A DNA stretch of 62,701 nt, filler included, from Nemertoderma westbladi (Eukaryota; Animalia; Xenacoelomorpha): the NCBI GenBank assembly GCA_032718475.1. It is 3 parts of 3 records of this genome, joined end to end, with 100 filler letters (N's around TTAATTAATTAA, not from the genome) between each part and the next. Parts side by side here need not be neighbours in the genome. Positions count along the whole stretch, not along the records: positions 27,512 to 47,290 come from JAUCBJ010006485.1; positions 47,391 to 62,701 come from JAUCBJ010008935.1; 1 more part is not named here. One strand, written 5' to 3'. A program made the position numbers and the translations under genes. Below, piece after piece: positions 38,190-51,409 of this stretch; within the stretch, counting starts at the first letter, position 1, and each line of letters begins with the position of its first letter. Below the pieces are notes generated by a model that had not been told where the DNA came from, searched no databases, and saw only the letters and a program-made list of their open reading frames with translations.

Positions 38190-40493
38190 TTGGACTTTAC
38201 TAAACTTATGGTATAGAAATATTGTCAGAATATTTATTATTTACTTGGACTTTACTAGACTTATGGAGTAGAAATATAGTCAGAATATTCATATTTACTT
38301 GGACTTTATTTAACTTATGGTGTAGAAATATTGTCAGAATATTCATATTTACTTGGACTTTACCAAAGTTATGGTGTAGACATATTGTAAGAATAATTTA
38401 TATTTACTTGGACTTCACTAGACTTTATGGTATGGAAATATAATCAGAATATTTATTGTAATTTATTAAAATATGGTATAGAAATGTTGTCAAAATATTA
38501 TTCATATTTACTTGGACTTTACCAACTTTGTTGCATAAAAATATTGTCAGAATATTCATATTTACTACTTGGACTTTTCAGAAATATGGTGTGGAAATAT
38601 AGTCAGAATATTTACATTTACTTGGACTTTATTAGACTTATGGTGTAGAAATATTGTCAGAATATTCATATTTACTCCTTGGACTTTACTAGAATTATGG
38701 TGTAGAAATATTAACAGAATATTCATATTTCAAGCAAAATGGTGAAACTTATGGTGTAGAAATAATGTCAGAATATTCATATTTACTTGGACTTTATTAG
38801 ACTTATGGTGTAGAAATATTGTCAGAATATTCATATTTACTCCTTGGACTTTACTAGAATTATGGTGTAGAAATATTAACAGAATATTCATATTTCAAGC
38901 AAAATGGTGAAACTTATGGTGTAGAAATAATGTCAGAATATTCATATTTACTTGGACTTAATTAAACTTATGGTGTAGAAATATTGTCAGAATATTCATA
39001 TTTACTTGGACTTTATTAAACTTATGGTGTAGAATTATTGTCAGAATAATTATTCATATTTACTTGGACTTTATTAAACTTATGGTGTATAAATATTGCC
39101 AGAAAATCATTCATATTTACTTGGACTTTACCAAATTTATGGTGTAGAAATATTGTCAGAATATTCATATTATTTTACTTGGACTTTTCAGAAATATGGT
39201 TTAGAAATATTGTCAGAATATTCATATTTACTTGGACTTTATTAAACTTATGGTGTAGAAACATAGTCAGAATATTCATATTTACTTGGACTTTATTAGA
39301 CTTATGGTGTAGAAATATTGTCAGAATATTCATATTTACTACTTGGACTTTACTAGAATTATGGTGTAGAAATATTGTCAGAATATTCATATTTCAAGCA
39401 AAATGGTGAAACTTATGGTGTAGAAATAATGTCAGAATATTCATATTTACTTGGACTTTATTAAACTTATGGTGTAGAAATATTGTCGAATATTCACATT
39501 TACTTGGACTTTATTAGACTTATGGTGTAGAAATATTAACAGAATAATTCATATTTCAAGCAAAATGGTGAAACTTATGGTGTAGAAATATTGTCAGAAT
39601 ATTCATATTTACTACTTGGACTTTACTAGACTTATGGTGTAGAAATATTAACAGAATAATTCATATTTCAAGCAAAATGGTGAAACTTATGGTGTAGAAA
39701 TATTGTCAGAATATTCATATTTACTTGGACTTAATTAAACTTATGGTGTAGAAATATTGTCGAATATTCATATTTACTTGGACTTTATTAGACTTATGGT
39801 GTAGAAATATTAACAGAATAATTCATATTTCAAGCAAAATGGTGAAACTTATGGTGTAGAAATATTGTCGAATATTCATATTTACTTGGACTTTATTAGA
39901 CTTATGGTGTAGAAATATTAACAGAATAATTCATATTTCAAGCAAAATGGTGAAACTTATGGTGTAGAAATATTGTCAGAATATTCATATTTACTTGGAC
40001 TTTATTAGACTTATGGTGTAGAAATATTAACAGAATAATTCATATTTCAAGCAAAATGGTGAAACTTATGGTGTAGAAATATTGTCAGAATATTCATATT
40101 TACTTGGACTTTATTAGACTTATGGTGTAGAAATATTGTCAGAATATTCATATTTACTACTTGGACTTTACTAGACTTATGGTGTAGAAATATTAACAGA
40201 ATAATTCATATTTCAAGCAAAATGGTGAAACTTATGGTGTAGAAAGATTGTCAGAATAATTCATATTTACTTGGACTTTATTAAACTTATAGTGTAAAAA
40301 TATTGTCAGAATATTCATATTATTTTACTTGGACGTGGAAATATAATCAGAATATTAATATTTATTGTAATTTATTAAAATATGGTATAGAAATATTGTC
40401 AAAATATTATTCATATTTACTTGGACTTTACCAACTTTATTGCGTAAAAATATTGTCAGAATATTCATATTTACTTGGACTTTATTAAACTTA
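38190..40493. repeat. ~54-bp satellite with a higher-order dimer
   Basis: TTACTTGGACTTTATTAGACTTATGGTGTAGAAATATTGTCAGAATATTCATAT, about 40 copies, alternating with a TTTCAAGCAAAATGGTGAAAC variant. Confidence 0.97.
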
Positions 40494-40904
40494 GTGTTGC
40501 CGTCGATTCCAGAACAGGGAATAGATGCCGATGTAAGTTCTCGGGGGTTGCGCTAGATCCCAGAATACTATTCACCGGAATTATTGGTGTTAGGGGAAAC
40601 TTGGAATTTGTAATGTAGATCGTGGAAAAGAATAGTTTGGATTGAATGTTAATTTATTGACTAACTGCTAACTTGCTAACTGATTCCTTGTAAGCGAACT
40701 GAATCTAAATATTTTTGGGCTCCCACACACCAAATAATTAGAATAAACACATACATCAGTAATAAACCTACAGTACAAACAATTTACTTAGTATTTACTT
40801 TATAAGACGACAAATTTACTTTATATGATTTTAAACATCCCAACTATGTTTGATACCCATGTATAGTCGGTGTCTGTCATGTCTGGCGAGGGGCTGTGCA
40901 GCTT

Positions 40905-41640
40905 CTGTTACGTTCAGAGTCCTTTTCAGGCTCGTAATAGTTCCATCGACTGCAGTCCACTCTGATGGTCTGTGTCAGGTGAGGATAGACGGTTTCCGTT
41001 ACGTTCCGAGTCCTTTCCAGGCTCGTAATAGCTCCATTCGCCGCCGATAGCTCCATCCGTTAATATCCGTAGTGTCTGGTGAGAGGATATGGCTTTCCGT
41101 CACGTTCCGAGTCCTTTTCAGGCTCGTAATAGCTCCATAGACGGGAAACCACTCCGTCCGTCAATGTCTGTCAGTCAAGCGAGGGAATATGGTTTTCCAT
41201 TGCGTTCTGAGTCCTTCTCAGGCTCGTAATAACTTCGTAGACCATAATCCTCTCTGTAAATTGTAGAACGTCGGTGCAAGAAGAGGAGAGCGATCTCCGT
41301 TGCGTTCCGAGTCCTTTTCAGGCTCATAATATCTCTGTAATCACAAACCTCGCTCCGTCAGTGTCGGTCCTTTGCGGAGTGCTACGCCGATTGTTTCCAA
41401 GTCCTTTTCAGGCTTGTGAACTAGTGTGAACAGTGAACTAGTGCACCAGGTGGTCCAAAGTCTGGTTCCCTTCCCGCTACATGGCCTCCTGGTCTGTTTG
41501 TTTCCGAGTCCTTTTCAGGCTCATACTCCGCACAACAAAAATAACCCACTGGGGAAGTCCGAGAAATTCAAACCAATTTCCCACTGTGTGGCCTCCTGGT
41601 CTGTCTGTTTCCGAGTCCTTTTCAGGCTCGTACTACCCAC
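40905..41640 (-). repeat. Eight regularly interspaced ~27-nt hairpin repeats (GAG CCU GNRA AGG A CUC on minus) with unique spacers
   Basis: Cores at 40917, 41008, 41109, 41209, 41309, 41399, 41506 and 41613. Confidence 0.9.
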
Positions 41641-41729
41641 AACAAGAAGAACCCACTGGGGAATAGATTGTCCCATCACACTAGGCACGGCCTAGGCTAG
41701 GCTGTCAGGATCTCTACCTGAAGCCTAGT

Positions 41730-41808
41730 TCTACTACTACTACTAGGATCGGCATGCTGCATTGCAGCTGCATTTTTAAGAATGCTGTGCCAGCTTAAGA
41801 AGGCTGTG
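41730..41808 (-). mobile_element. Short 3' end of a second RTE family, inserted in the LTR
   Basis: (CTA)n-GGATCGGCATGC..GCTGTGCC matches 51833-51893; TSD GAAGCCTAGT at 41720-41729 and 41809-41818. Confidence 0.8.
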
Positions 41809-42199
41809 GAAGCCTAGTACTTGATCTCTTGAACTTCAGGGCCACCTTTTAACTTTGAAAAGCCGACATTTTAGTGTTCAGCCTTTCCGAAAAACAGCCC
41901 GTAATAGAATAATTTTGGGTTTTATGACTTCTAGTTTTTTGCCCACTATGCCCGGGTATATTTGGAATTTTCATTTGGGATCAGTTTACAAATTTGGTGG
42001 ATACCTGGTGTCAAAATATAAATAACGCGAACATTCCCCCCAATAACCTTTTGCAGTATCATTTTTTTTAGAGCTGCGGGGGGGGGGGGGGGGGGATTTC
42101 CCATAATTTTGTTTATATGAGTTTTATTTAATTATTATCGATCTTTCGAGCTCTACTTGCTGGGTGATAAGGAACCATTGGTCGTCTCCCAGTTCCTCT

Positions 42200-43980
42200 G
42201 GGTATGAGTAGAGACGTCATATAACTTCCATCGGTCCGAATATTATGGCAGAAAGAATAAGATCCTGGTAGCTGAAAGCGAGGCTCTTCTTCTTTACGAG
42301 CACCTCGGGACAGGTGAAATATCCCGTCGCCATATCCTTACTGATGTTCGTTATACTATACTGGTTCTGAGTTTTTAGATGAGAACTGGCGAATGTTTCA
42401 AACATTACCATGTTCGCAGTGGCGAGTTTATCTTTAGCCGGACATGAAATATTGGCTTCACCCCCCCTGTAGCCTGTAGCATGGCCGCGAAAACCACAGG
42501 AACTACAGATCTAACAAAGAACTGGGCAAACCTTAGCTTAGTACCGTGTCCCGACTTAGCACAATACATGCAATACAGCATGCTTAAGGCAGATAAACAT
42601 GGTTCGGCAATCCAGCCCCTTGTAAAACGTGGACATTGTGTAGAGCCACAGTTGTTGCATATGCCCCACGTTTCAGGCATTCCATGAAATATCAGAAGTT
42701 TATCGTCTGGGTGGCTGACTAGTTTTCGATCTCCTCTTTAAATTGGAACACTCTCGCTAATACCGGTATACACTCGACTACCCCGAATCATTTCATCACT
42801 ACGGAAACCGATCTGACAGGATGTTGGTTGAAGTTGGATCGAGTCAGTTTGTGTCTGTATCCATTTCGCTTGCCAATATGTATGTCTCATTGGGTCGCAC
42901 GGTACCTTGGTGGTTACGGGTTCCGGCAATGACCTCTTTAATCCGATGTTTAACCTCGCCGAAACCATCCAGGAAACACCAAGTATATCCTCGGGAGCGG
43001 GTGGTAGAAAAGGCACCTCGTTAACCGTCATCGGTTCTATATCTTGATGGATTGTACTAGACATTGCAGTGTCCCATTATTTGCCTTCCAGTAACTGGTA
43101 GGGCGACATTGTCTTACATTGTCGTTTGAATTCATCGAGCGCTTGTGCATTGTCGGTGGATCTGGCCGGGCTATGAAATCCGTCACCGGAGTTTCCCTTG
43201 GTCCCGGAGATTAATATTCACTTAGCGGATGGTACCTCGAACGGGTCTGCTACAAGCTCACCGAGCAACTCGATCTCTGGCATAAATAACCTCCTCGTCC
43301 GACATCGGTTCCGGGCATTTAGGTGCGATGAATTGGTTCATGGTTGGGATATTTCTCGGCCCGTGTTTATCCCATGTGTCCTGGGGTTAATTCGACTGGG
43401 TTTCCCCCGGTGTGATGTCGATTACTGCCTGGAAAGCGTGCTCTGCAGCCTGTTTCATGCTGCATTTGTCGAACGATCGGGGTTGTATCCGAATTAAGGC
43501 TTTCAATGCTCGACAGAAGAAAGTCCCGACTGTGAAAGATTCCATGGTAACATATATGTAAAGTTGTTCGCTGTTATCTCATTGGTAGTACATCGACCAG
43601 TCCCGCTCTACATCGCACCAATGCGGGTCTTTCCTGGATGAAACATATAGATCGTCATAGCCGATGTAAAGTTTAAGGTATTCCTGGAACCGGTAGGGTT
43701 TGAAATTGATACCGCCGTTCAGGACAGCTAGGTATCCTAAGCTGGTCTTATTCTTCTTGATATCTCGGAACAGTTGCATGCAGTTACCGTGTCTCATCCA
43801 AGCGAGCAACACTTGCGTATCAACAAAGTTGTTTAGGGCAAGGACATCCAGTTTCCTTTTACGATGTTTTGGAGCACCGATAAAGTCGGTACACAGGTCG
43901 CTTTTAATATCCGACCCGATCTTGGTAATCCCATCATGCAGAATAATGTTTCTTATATAGAGGGTATAATCCATAACGCT
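42200..43980 (-). pseudogene. Broken GC-richer orphan ORF(s) upstream of the PPT, with Cys/His clusters
   Basis: Stacked minus-strand ORFs 43579-43974, 42738-43064, 42405-42680 (CNNCG..; CMYCAKSGH) and 42217-42411. Confidence 0.35.
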
Positions 43981-44138
43981 CCAACCTGTTGGTCTTCGGA
44001 TTGTGGATCACTCCCTGGCTGATTGAATAACTATTATTATATTATAATATTAATTAATAATTTACTATAATTATATAATTCATAATTTGATTAAAAATAA
44101 TAATTGAATGATTTACAAGTGATTATAAATAATCTTCA

Positions 44139-44255
44139 TAAGGGGGGGGGGGGGGGGGAATCAACACCTATCTGATGACATCTGATTTAGGGGAGGGAGG
44201 GGGAAAGGTGCAGGTTTGGGGAAAAGTGCAGACGTCATACTTGGACAGCCCCTTA
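44139..44255. mobile_element. Small PIF/Harbinger-like MITE; a related end lies at 3245-3298 in the intron
   Basis: TAAGGGG...GACGTCATACTTGGACAGCCCCTTA; compare GACGTCATTTATGGATAACCCCTTA at about 3275. Confidence 0.5.
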
Positions 44256-45199
44256 TCCAATCCCTACACCATACATTCTACAGGCCTACACCTACAATAC
44301 CATATACATTTAGAACAGGAAAGAGCAGAGTATATATGAAAATATTTAATCCATAGTGATATGCGAGTATCCTTGATATATTTTATTTATGACCCACATA
44401 TTCGTATTCGATTAGTTAGATTAATATAATTTATCTTATATTCAGACAAAATAGAATATTCATATTGATAAATCTACGACAATTTATCAAGACCTTGTAA
44501 TAGGTCATTTGACATTTTATATCTATTCAAAAATGTAAATAATACACAAAAGCAATTGAAGCATAAGAAAACTGTAAAATTAAAAAATAATGTTTTGCGA
44601 TTAAAAAAATCTATCTTGCGATATTAATAGCTTGAACATTCCAACGCCCATATATCTGCTTTATCTCAACAAAATTTAATGGTATTTGGTTTAAATAAAA
44701 CAAAATTTTTCGGCTTTCTTTCTTAAATATTTTCTTTTCTTATTTCTTTCTAACGTGAACGTTTAATTTCTTTCATGGACGTCATGGGCTACCTGGGATA
44801 GCTGCATTCAAACCTGACAACTGGCAGGCCCCACTGACACTACTGAACTGTTGTATGTAATACAGTGACATTGTTATGCCTAGACTCAGGCAAGTACAAG
44901 CTTGTCCAACAACTAACAGTACTGCAGTAAGCCTATATCTGCAAATATGCAATACTTTGCAGGAACATGGCAAGTACCTGCAAAATATAAGAGAGCAAAG
45001 TAACACTTGCAATATTTATTAAAACTAAAGAAATAACTTACATGCTCTATTAAGTTTACCAAATTTTTGTTACTAAACATATTTTGACAAGTGTAATAAA
45101 CTGATAGCCAGGAACTTGCAAATCTTAGGAAATGTACTATGAATTTTCAACAGGGTCATCTATCCCGTCCCTATAGACATGTACAGAACAACAAGAGTA

Positions 45200-46015
45200 A
45201 TTCAAGAAATGAAAACAAATAAGTTGGTGCCTGTTCCCAAGAATGGCTACCTAACACTCTATGGTTGTTTTCGGGGAATCTCATTGATCTCGATTGCTGC
45301 AAAGCTATACAATAGAATTCTATTAAATCGCATTAAGGATCCCATTGAGAGACTGCTCCATGGAAATCAGAATGGGTTTCGTAAAGGTCGTGGGACCATG
45401 GAGCCCATTTTGGCACTTAGAAGGATAATTTAAGAGTTATCAAAAAAGAAAGACAGGTATATAGCTGTTATCTTAGTTGACTTCTTCAAGGCCTTTGATT
45501 CAGTCTCTAGCTCATGTATATTCAGCATACTTTCAGTATATGGGATTCCTCACGAAATTATTTCAGCAATCAGATCAGTATACAATGGTTCGACAACATT
45601 TGTGTCTACTGTTGATGGTGTCACTGAACCATTTGAAGTATTATGGGGAGTCCTCCAAGGAGACACAATTATGCCATTCTTGTTCATAATTGTGGTTGGC
45701 ACGCAATTGCGGTTCTACACATGTCCTTAGATCATCATAATGATGATGGGGTGATGGTAACTCCACCTATTGGCTCCAGAAGTCGAGGAAATCCTGCCAA
45801 GTACCTAACTGATCTAGACTTTGCAGATGACTTAGGAGTACTCTCAGAATCAACGGCTCCTCAGCTCATTAGAACAGGCTGCTTCTAGTGTTGGTCTTTT
45901 TATTAACTCCAAAAAGACCAACATTTTGACACTTAACTTTGAAAGTCCTCAGCCTGTCTTTGACCAGATGAGCATAAGTTCAAGGGATGGTATGATTCAG
46001 AGCATGTGGACGACG
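45200..46015 (+). mobile_element. Internal RT fragment of the second RTE family
   Basis: FRGISLISIAAKLYNRILLNRI, QNGFRKGR, DFFKAFDS, GVLQGDT, DLDFADDL; overlaps in sequence with 53660-53855 on minus. Confidence 0.85.
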
Positions 46016-46149
46016 TTTAGGCACTTTCCGGCATTTTAGGCACGGTACCAATTATGGCACAGTGTAAGGATTTCTCTATAGGTGACATAAATGTTTCTAG
46101 TCACCATTGTGAAGTTTCATCATTTAACTTAACTTAACTAGTGCAGGTG

Positions 46150-47260
46150 AAATCATTATCTGAGGCGTCAAATCAGCAATCAAATAGTAGTAATAATGTT
46201 ATGGAGGGAACTCCTGTGAATCAATATTTTTGGAAAGACATTGTGAAGCAGCAACAATATATTGGAAATATTTAAAAAATGGAACACGAGTTACGAGATA
46301 TCGGTAATATGATTATATCTGATGTAAATTTCCCCGCGAAAAATATAGATGCTGCTATTGGTAATCTTTATTATATTTTATATTTATATTATATTATATT
46401 ATATCTTTATTTTATCATATTTTTGAGAGCCAAGCGGATATTATATCGTTAAGTCGCACTCCAATAGGTAATGGAAACGAGGAAATTAACTTGATCAGTA
46501 TTGGCGCAATTTGGTTTATTGAAGATTGTAGAGTAGCTAAGTTAGCATTTAAAAATGCCTTGATATCTTGTAAGAAGAGATCAGGAATTCCGAAAGCGTT
46601 TTCTCTATTACAGTACAGAGTAGGAGAAGCCTATATAGGATACATAAAATACGGATACGTAAAATCCGGTATGAGTATTACAAAAATCATGCAAGACATT
46701 TTTGTTGCACGCACAACAGACCCAAAAAAGTTTTGGAGGAAAATAAAATCAATTTGTCGTGTGGCAGTTAGTACCAAGATGTGCTAAAAGCGTCTATTAG
46801 TCAGTTTAAGAATTTCTTTGAGCAACTAAACTAACTCGGACAGTACTAACTTCCAAGATATGGGCGGGTGTTAACAGTAATATTAATAGTGATATCAACG
46901 TAATAGAAAGCAAAAACTGTTTTAAAAACGATTTGATTATTTATGCCTTTCGAGGAAATATAATTGGGGATTATAATTGTTTAATGCCATTAATAGGCTA
47001 AAACGTGGAAAATTGCCCAGTGCTGATAATATTTAAATGAATTTATTATTGAGGGTCGTGACCAATTAGCACCTTGTTAACTTTGTTATTTAATGCTATT
47101 TTAGAATCAGGAAATTTTCCTATGTATTGGCCCTTTGGAATTAAAGTCCATTATTTAAAAAGGGTAATAGTTTAGATCCCGGTAATTATCGTGGTATAAG
47201 GCTGTTATCAATGCTGGGTAAATTATTTACGTCTGTTATAAACAATCGTTTAGATTCGTT
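46150..47260 (+). mobile_element. Highly decayed APE-type LINE ORF2 fragment
   Basis: PKKFWRKIK; LFNAILESGNFP; KKGNSLDPGNYRGIRLLSMLGKLFTSVINNRL. Confidence 0.65.
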
Positions 47261-47290
47261 CGTGGGGCCTTCGCGCAGGACGAGGCCCAG

Positions 47291-47390
47291 NNNNNNNNNN
47301 NNNNNNNNNNNNNNNNNNNNNNNNNNNNNNNNNNTTAATTAATTAANNNNNNNNNNNNNNNNNNNNNNNNNNNNNNNNNNNNNNNNNNNN
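47291..47390. other. Assembly gap with TTAATTAATTAA linker
   Basis: N44-TTAATTAATTAA-N44. Confidence 0.97.
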
Positions 47391-50185
47391 GGCCACCTTT
47401 ACTATCATAAAGAATGAGATGATTTACATTAGGGCCACAAATATACATATTTTACAGTGGCCTTTTGCATCCAAATTGATCTTACCAATAAACTGAGATG
47501 AAAAAGGGCCAGAATGAAATACAATGAGCTTAACAGCATTAGGGCCATACTGTAGCGCCATGGAGATATTTATGGACAAGGCTCTTTAGAGCTAGAACAT
47601 AGTAACGAATAACGACCATAAGAACTATAAAAGTCCGTCTAGGCATAGAATTTATAATTATGCAATTCTCCTTGTTCACTCCTACCAAATTTCAGATGGA
47701 ATCTGATGGTTGGTTCTATAATTACACAGCTACTTCTACGATTCTGTCAATTCGCCCGCCTAGCGGCAGACAGGGGAACTTTAAAGTCTGTCTGTGTGTA
47801 TAATTTCTACTTAAGCAACGGCGATAACTGCCCGATGAAGACATGGGAACTTGAAAGTCTAACCGTACAGTACATAAAATATGTTCAAACAAAAATAATG
47901 TTTATTAAAATCTACATTATTTTAGTTTTAGGTTAACTGAGGTAAATATTACATTGCAAGTCTTACAAATCATGTTACTATTCATGTCATTTTTTGAGAA
48001 AGTTTGACTGGCCCATTTGATTCAAAATTGATTTATTAAATTAAATGAACGGGACAAGGGCCACCTTTACTATCATAAAGAATGAGATGATTTACATTAG
48101 GGCCACAAATATACATCTTTTACAGTGGCCTTTTGCATCCAAATTGATCTTACCAATAAACTGAGCTGAAAAAGGGCCAGAATGAAATACAATGAGCTTA
48201 ACAGCATTAGGGTAGGGCCATACTGTAGCGCCATGGAGATATTTATGGACAAGGCTCTTTAGAGCTAGAACATAGTAACGAATAACGACCATAAGAACTA
48301 TAAAAGTCCGTCTAGGCATAGAATTTATAATTATGCAATTCTCCTTGTTCACTCCTACCAAATTTCAGATGGAATCTGATGGTTGGTTCTATAATTACAC
48401 AGCTACTTCTAAGTTTCTGTCAATTCGCCTCCCTAGCGGCAGACAGGTGAACTTTAAAGTCTGTCTGTGTGTATAATTTCTACTTAAGCAACGGCGATAA
48501 CTGCCCGTTGAAGACATGGAAACTTGAAAGTCTAACCGTACAGTACATAAAATATGTTCAAACAAAAATAATGTTTATTAAAATCTACATTATTTTAGTT
48601 TTAGGTTAACTGAGGTAAATATTACATTGCAAGTCTTACAAATCATGTTACTATTCATGTCATTTTTTGAGAAAGTTTGACTGGCCCATTTGATTCAAAA
48701 TTGATTTAATAAATTAAATGAACGGGAAAAGGGCCACCTTTACAATCATAAAGAATGAGATGATTTACATTAGGGCCACAAATATACATCTTTTACAGTG
48801 GCCTTTTGCATCCAAATTGATCTTACCAATAAACTGAGATGAAAAAGGGCCAGAATGAAATACAATGAGCTTAACAGCATTAGGGTAGGGCCATACTGTA
48901 GCGCCATGGAGATATTTATGGACAAGGCTCTTTAGAGCTAGAACATAGTAACGAATAACGACCATAAGAACTATAAAAGTCCGTCTAGGCATAGAATTTA
49001 TAATTATGCAATTCTCCTTGTTCACTCCTACCAAATTTCAGATGGAATCTGATGGTTGGTTCTATAATTACACAGCTACTTCTACGATTCTGTCAATTCG
49101 CCCGCCTAGCGGCAGACAGGGGAACTTTAAAGTCTGTCTGTGTGTATAATTTCTACTTAAGCAACGGCGATAACTGCCCGATGAAGACATGGGAACTTGA
49201 AAGTCTAACCGTACAGTACATAAAATATGTTCAAACAAAAATAATGTTTATTAAAATCTACATTATTTTAGTTTTAGGTTAACTGAGGTAAATATTACAT
49301 TGCAAGTCTTACAAATCATGTTACTATTCATGTCATTTTTTGAGAAAGTTTGACTGGCCCATTTGATTCAAAATTGATTTATTAAATTAAATGAACGGGA
49401 CAAGGGCCACCTTTACTATCATAAAGAATGATATGATTTAAATTAAGGGCACAAATATATATCTTTTGCAGTGGCCTTTTGCATCCAAATTGATCTTACC
49501 AATAAACTGAGATGAAAAAGGGCCAGAATGAAATACAATGAGCTTAACAGCATTAGGGCCATACTGTAGCGCCATGGAGATATTTATGGACAAGGCTCTT
49601 TAGAGCTAGAACATAGTAACGAATAACGACCATAAGAACTATAAAAGTCCGTCTAGGCATAGAATTTATAATTATGCAATTCTCCTTGTTCACTCCTACC
49701 AAATTTCAGATGGAATCTGATGGTTGGTTCTATAATTACACAGCTACTTCTACGATTCTGTCAATACGCCCCCCTAGCGGCAGACAGGGGAACTTTAAAG
49801 TCTGTCTGAATTTAGAATTTCTAAATAAGCAATGCTTGTAGGTGTAGGTCACTCTTACCAAATTTCAAGAAGATATATCAACCATACATAAAATTATGTT
49901 CAAACAAAAATAATGCTTATTATTTTTACTTTTATTATTTTATTTTAGTTTGGTTAACTGTGGTAATTACATTGCAAGTCTTACAATTCATATTACTATT
50001 CATGTCATTTTTTGAGAAAGTTTGACTGGCCCATTTGATTCAAAATTGATTTATTAAATTAAATGAACGGGAAAAGGGCCACCTTTACTATCATAAAGAA
50101 TGAGATGATTTACATTAGGGCCACAAATATACATCATTTACAGTGGCCCATTTGCATCCAAATTGATCTTACAAATAAACTGAAC
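47391..50185. repeat. ~670-bp tandem repeat, about 4.2 copies, running into the gap
   Basis: GGCCACCTTTAC at about 47391, 48059, 48732, 49405 and 50077; duplicated ORFs 673 and 1346 bp apart. Confidence 0.97.
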
Positions 50186-50448
50186 TGTAAGAATGAAGAG
50201 AAATAAGATAGGGCCATTGAGTTATATAGGTACACTATACCTACATATCTCACTTTATAGATATATAAGTTGGCCCTTTCGCTCGTTTTTTCATCTTTAT
50301 GTATGTATATTAAAATGGTATATGTAGGAACATATATACACGAGATATGTAGATATACTAATGGCCCTTTTTACATCCATTCAGTGTTATATAGGTACAT
50401 AATACCCTTCATTTCAAAGATACATATCTATGGCCCTTTAGGCCGAAC

Positions 50449-50451
<3 letters not shown>

Positions 50452-50508
<57 letters not shown>
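50452..50508. repeat. (TA)n microsatellite
   Basis: Direct observation. Confidence 0.98.
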
Positions 50509-50512
<4 letters not shown>

Positions 50513-51409
50513 ATATAATTAATATAATAATTAATATTATAATTAATAAATAATATTTCATTAATTTTTTTTTTCGTTTCTGTACTGCCAAAAAATTTTG
50601 TTTTGTTTCATGGTGTTGTTATGCTATCGCTGAAGTTACACCATAACATGGCGCACAATAATTAGAAGGTGTTATATACTGTAAATGTACAGTGTGAGAT
50701 TTGTTTTTGTTGTTTTTTATAATTTGTTATTTTCTCGAGATTTACATGTTAATTTTATCTGCCATATTTATTTCTTTAACCTAGCTATTTACTATTAAAT
50801 TAGATGACGCGGTATAGTGTGTAATGACAATTCAAAGAAAACTTAATGTTGTTTTACATGTAGGCCTACTGTATTGGATTTTTATGCAAAAATTCAAATT
50901 TTCTGAAATACTGTATTTAAAAATACATTAATATTTTGTTACCATATTATATTATTAGGCAGACTTTGCTACAGAAATAATAAATGTGTGAAAATCCATA
51001 TGGAGATAGATACAAAATAGGGCAACATTTTAAATATTATATTCAATTTTGTTGTTTTTCATGCATGAAAAAAATGCATGCATGTTCCTTTCATGCATGT
51101 TCAAACATTAAAAAGTGCTAATTTCTTAATATTAACGTTATTATTTTTGTAATTGAAAACCGCGCAGTGTAACGCAGGTCCAGCGGTACACTGACGAGTG
51201 TGAACGACCCTGCGGTAGTTTACCGCAGCCCATTTAAACAATGCTAAATGGTTAAACTTAAACAATTGTCCCACCATGTACTATGGTTTTATGGGAGTCC
51301 CATATGATCTGGTTGACTAGCGGCAATGACGGGGGAAATTATAATTGATTTTGATGGAACCAGCTCGCTCTATGTACTTGCTCTATTTATATTTGTATTT
51401 GTATTACCT

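Larger units (their letters stand above)
40495..42033 (-). mobile_element. ~1.5-kb LTR (3' LTR of a minus-strand element)
   Basis: TGTT...AACA termini; preceded on minus by the purine tract GGGGGGAA (42034-42041); AATAAA on minus at about 40653-40658. Confidence 0.6.

Noticed and set aside
38222-40488. Small ORFs in the 54-bp satellite
   Set aside because: Translations of tandem repeat with no coding signal.
40905-41640. True CRISPR array or hammerhead array
   Set aside because: Eukaryotic LTR context, no cas genes, and ~70-80 nt spacers with residual similarity. Minus-strand CTGAAAAG..GGAAAC lacks the CUGAnGA core and a proper stem II.
47706-49282. Repeated 76- and 89-aa ORFs
   Set aside because: By-products of the ~670-bp repeat; disrupted in other units.
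51185-51215. CTGACGAG as a hammerhead core
   Set aside because: No stem II or GAAA downstream.
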